Shown piece by piece: positions 39,094 to 47,525 of a stretch of DNA of 64,000 nucleotides. The first letter of the stretch is position 1, and each line of letters opens with the position of its first letter. The position numbers and the translations under genes are program-made. Location of the stretch: the NCBI GenBank assembly GCA_035529315.1, contig DATKWZ010000016.1, positions 88,464-152,463 of the forward strand. Direction: 5' to 3'. The stretch is from Anaerolineae bacterium (lineage in GTDB: Bacteria > Desulfobacterota > Desulfobacteria > Desulfobacterales > ETH-SRB1). Below the pieces are notes generated by a model. That model did not search any database. It saw only the letters and a list, made by a program, of their open reading frames with translations, and had not been told where the DNA came from.

Positions 39094-40338
39094 ATGGCAA
39101 AAAAAAGGGGTCCAAACAATAATCTTTTCTGCTCATTTTGCGGTAAAAAACAGACTGAGGTTACAAAGTTGATTGCAGGACCCGCAGTCTATATATGCGA
39201 TGAATGCATACGATTATGCGGCGAAATAATCGATGAAGAAACTGAAAAAAAGAAGACCGATATTGAGCAAAACTTTACTCCAAAAGAGATTAAAGCCATG
39301 CTTGACGATTACGTGATTGAACAGGACAGGGCAAAAAAAATCCTCGCCGTCGCTGTCTATAACCATTACAAAAGGCTTGATAGCGCGGTTACTATGAGCG
39401 ATGTTGAAATACAAAAAAGCAACGTCCTTATTATTGGGCCAACCGGATGCGGCAAGACTCTGCTGGCTCAAACCCTTGCCAGGTTTTTAAATGTCCCGTT
39501 TACAATAGCTGATGCTACAAGTCTGACGGAAGCCGGCTATGTTGGTGAAGATGTTGAAAACATCATAGTTTCTTTGCTCCAGAATGCCGATTATGATGTG
39601 GAAAAAGCTAAACGCGGTATTGTTTATATTGATGAGATCGATAAGATTGCGCTTAAATCGGATAACCCTTCCATTACACGGGATGTTTCAGGTGAAGGGG
39701 TGCAGCAGGCATTATTAAAAATCATTGAAGGAACTACCGCCAGTGTGCCTCCCAAAGGAGGAAGAAAGCATCCTCAACAGGATTTTATCAAGGTCGACAC
39801 CTCTGATATTCTTTTTATTTGCGGAGGAACTTTTAATAATCTCGAAAAGATAATTCAGCGGCGTTTAGGATCTAAAATTATGGGCTTTGGCGCCAACATC
39901 AGCAAACAAAAAGATAAAAAAATTGGTGAAACCCTGCAGCTGATTCAACCTGAAGACCTGATCAAGTACGGGTTGATTCCTGAATTTCTCGGTCGCCTGC
40001 CTGTTATAACAACTCTTGACGAACTGGACGAATCTTCCTTGATTAAAATATTGATCGAGCCTAAAAACGCCCTGATCAAGCAGTTTAAAAAGCTTTTTGA
40101 GATCGAGGGCGTAACCCTGAGATTTACGGACAGCGCTCTTTCAGCCATTGCAAATGAGGCTTTGAAGCAAAAATCCGGAGCTCGGGGGCTTCGATCTGTT
40201 CTGGAAAATTGTCTGCTGGATATAATGTATAAAATTCCTTCCATCAAAGGTATAAAAGAATGTGTTGTTGGTGAAGATGTGATTTTAAACAAGGAAGATC
40301 CTATTCTTCTGTATGAACAAACAAAAAAACGGGCTTAA
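39094..40338 (+). CDS. clpX: ATP-dependent Clp protease ATP-binding subunit ClpX
   Basis: Zn finger CSFCGK...CDEC. Walker A GPTGCGKT. Walker [16 protein letters not shown] pore loop. Confidence 0.97.
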   Translation: MAKKRGPNNNLFCSFCGKKQTEVTKLIAGPAVYICDECIRLCGEIIDEETEKKKTDIEQNFTPKEIKAMLDDYVIEQDRAKKILAVAVYNHYKRLDSAVTMSDVEIQKSNVLIIGPTGCGKTLLAQTLARFLNVPFTIADATSLTEAGYVGEDVENIIVSLLQNADYDVEKAKRGIVYIDEIDKIALKSDNPSITRDVSGEGVQQALLKIIEGTTASVPPKGGRKHPQQDFIKVDTSDILFICGGTFNNLEKIIQRRLGSKIMGFGANISKQKDKKIGETLQLIQPEDLIKYGLIPEFLGRLPVITTLDELDESSLIKILIEPKNALIKQFKKLFEIEGVTLRFTDSALSAIANEALKQKSGARGLRSVLENCLLDIMYKIPSIKGIKECVVGEDVILNKEDPILLYEQTKKRA

Positions 40339-40350
40339 GCATAAAAATTT

Positions 40351-42798
40351 ATGATTAATTTACAAAAAATATTCAAAGATGATGAACCGGTATCGTCAAG
40401 GTTAATTCTCCCCCTGTTGCCTCTGAGAGATATTGTGGTCTTTCCCCACATGGTTTCACCTTTATTTGTAGGACGCGCAAAATCTGTACAGGCCCTTTCC
40501 GATGCGATGAATCGCGATAAAAAGGTTTTTCTTGCTACCCAGAAAAAGATGGACATTGACAATCCTCGCCCACAAGATATTTCTTCAATCGGCGCCATTG
40601 GAGATGTGCTTCAACTTCTCAGGCTGCCTGATGGCACGGTAAAGGCATTGGTTGAGGGACAAACCAGAGCCCGTATTATTCGTTTTGTTAAAAATGAAGA
40701 CTTTTTCCTTGTAGAAATAGAACCTGTCATTGAACCTGAAGTATCAACTCCTGAGATTGTGGCCCTGAACAGAGCCGTTGTTCAAAGTTTTGAAGAATAT
40801 TCCAAACTAAACAAGAGCATTTCAAAAAACCTGGTGGATAATGCTGCTTCCATCTCGGACCCTTCACAACTAGCCGATACCGTGGCAACCCATTTTTCTT
40901 TTAAAATGAATGATAAACAACGTTTGCTGGAAACAATATCACCTTCAAAACGGCTTTCCCTTCTCCTGGGCCTTATAAGGATGGAAATAGATATCTTCAA
41001 GATGGATCAAAAGATAAAAAAACGGGTTAAGAATCAGATGGAAAAGACCCAGAAGAGCTATTATCTGAATGAACAGATGCGTGCCATTAAAAAGGAAATA
41101 GGAGCTGACGAAGGCGCTGTTGATGAGCTGCAGGAGCTTGAAAAGCAGATTAAACGGAAAAGAATGTCAAAAGAGGCTTCAGGTAAAGCCAGGCAGGAAT
41201 TTAGAAAGCTCAAGATGATGACTCCGATGTCGGCCGAAGCAACGGTTGTTCGAAACTATATTGAATGGATAATCAGCCTCCCCTGGTTCGAACAGAGCAA
41301 AGTGTGTAATGACATCGAAGAGGCTGAAAAAATTCTAAACGAGGATCATTATGGGCTGAAAAAGCCAAAGGAACGCATACTGGAATATTTAGCCGTTCAA
41401 TTGCTGGTTAAAAAGATAAGGGGGCCTATACTATGCTTTGTCGGGCCACCAGGCGTGGGAAAGACTTCGCTGGCAAAATCTGTTGCAAGGGCTACAGGAA
41501 GAAAATTTATACGCCTTTCCCTTGGTGGTGTAAGGGATGAGGCTGAAATACGCGGACACAGGCGTACTTATATCGGCGCTATGCCCGGAAAAATAATTCA
41601 GTCATTAAAAAAGACCGGTGTGAACAATCCTGTCTTTTGTCTTGACGAAGTTGATAAAATGAGTATGGACTTCAGGGGTGATCCTTCTGCCGCACTTCTC
41701 GAGGTGCTTGATCCTGAGCAAAATTTCAGCTTCAACGATCACTATCTTGATATGGATTACGATCTTTCAGACATCCTTTTTATAACCACAGCCAATACTT
41801 TGCCGGACATACCGCTTCCATTACAGGACAGGATGGAAATAATACGCCTTGCAGGCTATACCGAATATGAAAAATATAATATTGCCAAAGAGTTTCTTAT
41901 TAAAAAACAGCTGAAAATGAACGGACTTGAAGATAAGGATGTTAAGTTTTCCCAAAATTCGATCCTTTATATTGTGCAGCGATATACACGTGAGGCGGGT
42001 GTCAGAAATCTCGAGCGTGAAATATCTTCTATCTGCCGGAAGATTGCGCGCGAATTTGTAAAAAATAAAAACCGCAACACACATAATATTACAACAAAGT
42101 CGGTTGAAAAACATTTGGGGCCGCCACCGTTCAAACATGGTCAGCTTGAGGATAAGGATCAGATCGGTATTGTTACAGGACTTGCCTGGACGCAGGTGGG
42201 AGGAGAGCTCCTTTGCATTGAGACCCTGATTATGCCGGGAAAAGGAGATCTGATAATGACCGGCAAATTAGGCGATGTTATGAAAGAATCCGCCCAGGCA
42301 GCGGTAAGTTATATCCGTTCACGCGCCGACAGCCTTATGATTGACAATAAATTTTATAAAAAATGCGATATCCATATACATGTTCCAGAGGGAGCCATCC
42401 CCAAGGATGGACCTTCAGCAGGCATTTCAATATGCACATCTATTGTGTCAGCCCTTATCAGAAAACCGGTATATCGTGATATTGCCATGACCGGTGAAAT
42501 AACCCTGCGTGGCAGGATTCTTCCTATCGGAGGATTAAAGGAAAAAATTCTGGCCGCTCATAGAGGAGGTATTAAAAAGATTATTATCCCAAAAGACAAT
42601 GAAAAAGATATCAGGGATATACCACCTTCTATATTAAAACAGATAGAAATTATATTAGCAGAACACATGGATGATGTACTATCCAATGCCTTGATACTTA
42701 ATGAAGGTGATACCCTTTTTAAAAAGGATTATATATCTTACCAGATAATGTCCGAAAACCCGCCCGAAAACCCGGAGGGCAGACCGGTTTTAATTTAG
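40351..42798 (+). CDS. lon: Lon protease (LonA)
   Basis: LON N-domain. Walker [10 protein letters not shown]. Catalytic-site context PKDGPSAGI. 815 aa. Confidence 0.97.
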   Translation: MINLQKIFKDDEPVSSRLILPLLPLRDIVVFPHMVSPLFVGRAKSVQALSDAMNRDKKVFLATQKKMDIDNPRPQDISSIGAIGDVLQLLRLPDGTVKALVEGQTRARIIRFVKNEDFFLVEIEPVIEPEVSTPEIVALNRAVVQSFEEYSKLNKSISKNLVDNAASISDPSQLADTVATHFSFKMNDKQRLLETISPSKRLSLLLGLIRMEIDIFKMDQKIKKRVKNQMEKTQKSYYLNEQMRAIKKEIGADEGAVDELQELEKQIKRKRMSKEASGKARQEFRKLKMMTPMSAEATVVRNYIEWIISLPWFEQSKVCNDIEEAEKILNEDHYGLKKPKERILEYLAVQLLVKKIRGPILCFVGPPGVGKTSLAKSVARATGRKFIRLSLGGVRDEAEIRGHRRTYIGAMPGKIIQSLKKTGVNNPVFCLDEVDKMSMDFRGDPSAALLEVLDPEQNFSFNDHYLDMDYDLSDILFITTANTLPDIPLPLQDRMEIIRLAGYTEYEKYNIAKEFLIKKQLKMNGLEDKDVKFSQNSILYIVQRYTREAGVRNLEREISSICRKIAREFVKNKNRNTHNITTKSVEKHLGPPPFKHGQLEDKDQIGIVTGLAWTQVGGELLCIETLIMPGKGDLIMTGKLGDVMKESAQAAVSYIRSRADSLMIDNKFYKKCDIHIHVPEGAIPKDGPSAGISICTSIVSALIRKPVYRDIAMTGEITLRGRILPIGGLKEKILAAHRGGIKKIIIPKDNEKDIRDIPPSILKQIEIILAEHMDDVLSNALILNEGDTLFKKDYISYQIMSENPPENPEGRPVLI

Positions 42799-42884
42799 GT
42801 TTAACCTTGACATTATTTTATTATATTGTTAGCAGTATTTTTTCGACGAGAAAACCACATGTCGGGAATCTTTAAGTCTCATCA

Positions 42885-42960
42885 GGGCGGGTAGCTCAGC
42901 TGGGAGAGCATCGGCCTTACAAGCCGAGGGTCACAGGTTCAAGCCCTGTTCCGCCTACCA
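42885..42960 (+). tRNA. tRNA-Val (anticodon TAC)
   Basis: GGGCGGG / TA / GCTC-AGCTGGGA-GAGC / A / TCGGC-CTTACAA-GCCGA / GGGTC / ACAGG-TTCAAGC-CCTGT / TCCGCCT-A-CCA. Two G-U pairs in the acceptor stem. Confidence 0.9.
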
Positions 42961-43035
42961 CAAATGGCCTATAGCCATTTACCTTTAGCCAATAGCTATT
43001 AGCTGTTAGCTAATGATAAAAGTGAAGCTTTTCTT

Positions 43036-43113
<78 letters not shown>

Positions 43114-43220
43114 AATAAAGTCAAGGGGTTACGAACAATTAACAATCCCTTTTTAAATGGGTAAAATTCAAATTCCAACCTCATTTCCAACCTATAAAAA
43201 CAATTTGTGGGTAATCAATT

Positions 43221-44054
43221 ATGGCAACCTACAGAAGAAAAAAAGATAGTGACACATGGCATTCGCATAAGGAATGCTCTAACTGGCCCATATCGGATTA
43301 TCAAGAACCAACAAGATATTGCAAAAAGTGTAACGAGTGTGTAGCTCTGGAGAAATTTGACAAGCAAGCACAAGATTTGCATGATACATCACCGCTGAAA
43401 AACATCCCGCATTGGTATATAGACTTAAGGTTTGATAATACTTTTAACGCTGATCCTAATCATATTTTAAGTCTTGAGACATACTGGGAAACAATAAGAT
43501 CATGTTCCTATATTTCGGCAGGTTATTATCGTCCTCATGTAAACTTAACACAAGGCTCTTATAGTCACAATAAAGGAACAGACGGTAAAGGAACAAACTG
43601 GATAGATTCACAGGATAACAATGAACTCATTGAATATTGGCGATTTCACAGCAACGGTCAATTTGTGCATTTCCTTTCAATTGAGGCCGAAAAGCAAAAC
43701 CAAATTGGAATCAATTCCATTAATAATACTATCAGAGACATTTTTAACTTTGCTGGCACATTAGCACAACATCTTAATGCCACCGCCTTTATTAAAATCC
43801 GAATAGTAAATATAAAAGGGTTCGTTCTTTATCAAGACGGGGGGTTACCTGTGTTTATTAATTCTTACCCAGCCTTTGAAGATCCTTGTCTTAATCCGAT
43901 AAAGCTGGACAAGACAGCCCTAACCTCTAAAGATATGGATAAACTCGCACGGGGAGCCACAGCTTCGATTTTTAAAAGCTTTAACGTTAATAATATCACA
44001 GAAAAAACTTTAAAGAAAATACAAAAAGATTTAAGGCCCCGCCATCTTGCTTAA
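43221..44054 (+). CDS. hypothetical protein with N-terminal Cys/His-rich motif (island cargo)
   Basis: 277 aa. The N-terminus is WHSHKECSNWP...YCKKCNEC. I recognise no family for the rest. It is followed by a strong terminator. Confidence 0.6.
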   Translation: MATYRRKKDSDTWHSHKECSNWPISDYQEPTRYCKKCNECVALEKFDKQAQDLHDTSPLKNIPHWYIDLRFDNTFNADPNHILSLETYWETIRSCSYISAGYYRPHVNLTQGSYSHNKGTDGKGTNWIDSQDNNELIEYWRFHSNGQFVHFLSIEAEKQNQIGINSINNTIRDIFNFAGTLAQHLNATAFIKIRIVNIKGFVLYQDGGLPVFINSYPAFEDPCLNPIKLDKTALTSKDMDKLARGATASIFKSFNVNNITEKTLKKIQKDLRPRHLA

Positions 44055-44094
44055 GATTAACCATCTCACTTATTTTGAAGGCCAGATAATAAAA

Positions 44095-44131
44095 CCCGGG
44101 CTCCATCACTGGAATCCGGGCTTTGATTTTT
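44095..44131. terminator. bidirectional rho-independent terminator between convergent cargo genes
   Basis: aaaaCCCGGGCTCCAtcacTGGAATCCGGGctttgattttt: an 11-bp stem with one mismatch. A-run on the left and T-run on the right. Confidence 0.7.
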
Positions 44132-44152
44132 AGGCTCGCCTATTGTGATCTG

Positions 44153-44938
44153 TTATTTTTTAACCTTCCTCCTGAACCTTGAAAAACCAAACAAACCAGA
44201 ACCTACAAGAAATATTGTGGCGGGTTCGGGCACCGGAGTGCCTGCTGCTACTCTTACCAAGTCAATGGACTCAGATCCAAAATAGGAAGTACCCCAACCA
44301 CCATTATAGGCATAATGCCAGAATGATATATTAACTCCACCAATAGAAGTGATCGCTGGTAGTGTTAATAGTGATGAATTGTTCCATAAATATTCAATCG
44401 TGTTGCCTTCCTGTATAATATCTATATCTGCTGATCCTGCTTGAGGAAAATAATCACCACGTATATAAACACCTTCTCGATATCTACCACCCACAGAAAT
44501 AAGCCCTATTCCGAAATCCATAGCCCATGGATCACAATATCCTATTGCGGTTAAAAATTTGTTCTGTGTATCAAAAAGCTCTATAAAAACAGCTTGCATA
44601 GCAAGAACCGTCTCTTGCCCTTGGCTGTTTTGGGAATCCCATGAAATATTAAAATCTATATGGAAATCAGAAAGCGGGGAAAAAGTTCTTGAAAGATTTA
44701 CTATACCCCAAGGAGTAACAGGGCCAGAACTTACATCAATATCCTGGACATCTGTAACAATAAGGTTTGTGCCTGATTCACTATAATCCCAACCCGCAGC
44801 ATTCTCAAAAGAGATTGTCCAAGCTGGGCCTAAAACCCCATTATTAAAATCATCTTCAAGGATAAGAACTGCCTCCGAAGATCCCACGGAACCTATCACA
44901 ATCAATATTGCGGAAAAAAACACCCAAAATTTTTTCAT
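44153..44938 (-). CDS. PEP-CTERM-anchored secreted protein with LamG/jelly-roll-like domain
   Basis: Signal peptide MKKFWVFFSAILIVIGSVGSSEA. DDFNNGVLGPAWT. C-terminal VPEPATIFLVGSGLFGFSRFRRKVKK, which is a PEP-CTERM sorting signal. The start is moved to ATG 44938 after GGGAGGAAAcgaaca. Confidence 0.8.
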   Translation of the reverse strand: MKKFWVFFSAILIVIGSVGSSEAVLILEDDFNNGVLGPAWTISFENAAGWDYSESGTNLIVTDVQDIDVSSGPVTPWGIVNLSRTFSPLSDFHIDFNISWDSQNSQGQETVLAMQAVFIELFDTQNKFLTAIGYCDPWAMDFGIGLISVGGRYREGVYIRGDYFPQAGSADIDIIQEGNTIEYLWNNSSLLTLPAITSIGGVNISFWHYAYNGGWGTSYFGSESIDLVRVAAGTPVPEPATIFLVGSGLFGFSRFRRKVKK

Positions 44939-45007
44939 TGTTCGTTTCCTCCCATTTATATATTTCGGTACTAACAAAGGAAGTAACAAAGCAAAATCGC
45001 CTGTATT

Positions 45008-45367
45008 TTATTTTTTATACCCTTCCCGCCTCCAGTTTTTATCATAAAAGGTTTCTTTGCCATCTTGCCTTTTAATATATCCGGTTCGGTTTCCGTTTTG
45101 GTCATAAGTTGTGCCGGTGTTATTATCCCAAACAGTTTTGCCGGTTCTGTTTTGATCTTGATCGTATTTAACAACCTCGTCATCTTTATAAATGCTGTGG
45201 CCGGTTCTATTCCAGTTTTTATCAAAGTGTGTTTCTTTGCTGTCCTCAATAACTGTATAACCGGTCAAATTGTGTTGCTGGTCATATTGCCTTATTGTTT
45301 CACCTGCAAAAACACCTTCGGCACAAAAGAAAATCATTAAAATAATAAGAAATAAAAACTTTTTCAT
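45008..45367 (-). CDS. small secreted protein made of five ~20-aa YD-like repeats
   Basis: Signal peptide MKKFLFLIILMIFFCAEGVFA. It is followed by 5 repeats of the form x[YF]D[QK]xxNRTG[YHK] (YDQQHNLTGY, FDKNWNRTGH, YDQDQNRTGK, YDQNGNRTGY, YDKNWRREGY). SD cAGGAGGtcgcggc. Confidence 0.7.
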   Translation of the reverse strand: MKKFLFLIILMIFFCAEGVFAGETIRQYDQQHNLTGYTVIEDSKETHFDKNWNRTGHSIYKDDEVVKYDQDQNRTGKTVWDNNTGTTYDQNGNRTGYIKRQDGKETFYDKNWRREGYKK

Positions 45368-45393
45368 GCCGCGACCTCCTGAATTATCTTAAT

Positions 45394-45422
45394 ATTATAA
45401 TCTCATTATCAGGTAAAAGCAA
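45394..45422 (-). promoter_or_regulatory. sigma70-type promoter for the YD-like / PEP-CTERM cargo operon
   Basis: The minus strand reads TTGCTT-N17-TATAAT, ~25 nt upstream of the ATG at 45367. Confidence 0.5.
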
Positions 45423-46021
45423 TTTTTTAACCTGCTATAACTATAAAATAACCCTTTTTATCGAAAGAAAAAGATAATTTCAGCCAAAACATCAAAACCA
45501 CCTTTTCCTAAATACATTTTTTACGCCATAGATATTCTGTAATCTCAATAGGTTGGCTGAATCTGAACCCCCGATTTAACCATATTTCTGTAATAACTAT
45601 CATAATATCGGAAAAACGCCGGAAAGCCTTTATTGATAAGGGGTTACAGTAAGTTTATATTCACTTTTAAGCCTGTTTTTAGCTAAACAATAGCTGCAAT
45701 CAGTCCGATCTTATTAAAAAACAGTAGTCAGCAAGCATATAAGACTTAATGGCTTGATATTACTGAATAATAAGCTTGTTTTAGGGCTGTAATTTCCGGC
45801 ATCCCTACTAACCTTGCAGATATACTAAAACATCATAATTACAGCATGTTAAACGTGATTTTGAATTGACTACAATACAAAGCAAAGACAGCAACCGCCA
45901 GATTGACTACAAACAGAATTTTTATAAAAGAAATGGCATTAAAACAAGGGGTTGCGACAAGTCGATTTTTCAGAAATTGCCGGAATTTCGAGGGGTGCAG
46001 TATTGCAAGATGTGTGTCAAG

Positions 46022-46050
46022 TTGACAAAAATCAAAGGGGTGGGTATATT
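46022..46050 (+). promoter_or_regulatory. near-consensus sigma70 promoter firing into an ORF-less segment
   Basis: TTGACA-N17-TATATT on the plus strand. The -35 hexamer is also an iteron-like AGTTGACA. Confidence 0.45.
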
Positions 46051-47332
46051 ATATATTTATATATCAAGTAGTTATAATGTATTGTTTATTTTGTAGTCAT
46101 GGAATGCCTGAAGGTCAAGACGGGTTATAATATTTCATTAACCACCTGAACTGCTATCTATAGCAAGTATATGGTTCTTTAAGTGTAACCATAATACCCA
46201 TAAGGTTTTACCCTTGGACTCGCTCTGTCCCTGTTGTATTGATACCCTCCAGTATCAAAGCCGACCGACCATGCCTTGATATGTTTATTATCTCTGCATC
46301 CTGCCCTTGCCTGTCTGTTGCAATCATTAAGCTGTATAGCCAGGGACAGGCTGCTTATAGGCAGGCATAAAGGGTATATACCTATTGAGTTTATATATGC
46401 CTTTTGTTTATTATTGATCTTGTTATCAAGATAAAGACAGATATAATAAACCTGTTTAACCTTCTTGATCACAGATAAAAAGATCACCTATCCGGCATCT
46501 TTTTCCCAAAAAACCAAAACAGTAAAATTTATCAATTATCACCATGTTTTTACATAGCTATCAAACTAACTTATTATAATTGTTTAGTATAATAACGACA
46601 AGCCTTGTAAAGCCTTGCTATACCTATAATCCGCTGTAAAGCCTTACAATACATAGTATTACAAAGGAATGCTGAAGACAAAGACTTTATAAGGGATAGG
46701 TAGTAATATGTTTAATGATATTGACAAGTTACAAAGCAGTAAAATAAAGCATTTGCCGTCCGATAACAGCTATTATGTAAACTTTCGTAAATTGCAGGCT
46801 GCTAAACGTTGAAAATAAAGGCTTTGGGAAAGTGCTTATAATGTCCGATAAAAAAACAAATAGCCGTTTATTTTATTCAGGTCAACGAATATTATGCAAT
46901 ACAAAAAACTAAGATCACAAATATAAAATGTTTCTTTCCGGTATCACTACAAGGTTAATGACGTAAGGATAAAAAAAACTAAACACAATATATTGATATA
47001 TCTTTAAATCAGTTACTATATATTGTGTTTTTGTGTGCCAAAAGTCGCATAATTAGCTATAATTAAGTATAATTATAACTGTTATGATGGGTTTTGCCTA
47101 TCACACCCTTTCAAAGTGTTTCAAAATGAAACATAAGGTTGTATAAGATTATAAAGCAGGATTCGGGCATATTTTAAAAATATCTTCCATATCCTGGCAG
47201 GAAAATATAAATATTAATTTCGGGAGTTTTTAGCAGGAAAACATGTTAACCGCGATTTGTTTTTGTCCTTGCGGTAAAATGTTATAAAATTGATATGTTT
47301 TGCTACGAAGATTCGAATCATAAAATACAATT

Positions 47333-47525
47333 AGTTGACCAGTTGACAACCCCCAGAGGGGGGGGTTGTCAACAACTGGTTTGGAATAAAAAAGTTGACT
47401 AAAATTCTTGTTATTATTTAAAGTAAAAACAATATGTTATATAATACCAGTTGACTAAAGTTGACCAGCTTGTTGACTTGTCAACTCGGTTGACTCAGTT
47501 GACTAAAAAGTTGACTAAAATTCTT
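47333..47525. repeat. iteron cluster / putative origin of replication of the element
   Basis: Eleven GTTGAC hexamers in ~190 bp: nine direct and two inverted. A 13-bp perfect palindrome, GTTGACAACCCCC-agaggg-GGGGGTTGTCAAC, lies at 47342-47373. An exact 21-mer, aaaaagttgactaaaattctt, occurs at 47389-47409 and again at 47505-47525. Confidence 0.75.

Noticed and set aside
45866-46096. 76-aa plus-strand ORF in the island's non-coding segment
   Set aside because: Its TTG start lies inside an iteron-like ATTGACTACA repeat and it has no SD. It also runs through the 46022 promoter, and its composition looks non-coding.
46179-46487. 102-aa minus-strand ORF as a confident protein gene
   Set aside because: It has a GTG start with no SD, and its first ~35 residues are AT-rich-derived and un-protein-like. 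It is kept only as an alternative hypothesis within the ncRNA finding.
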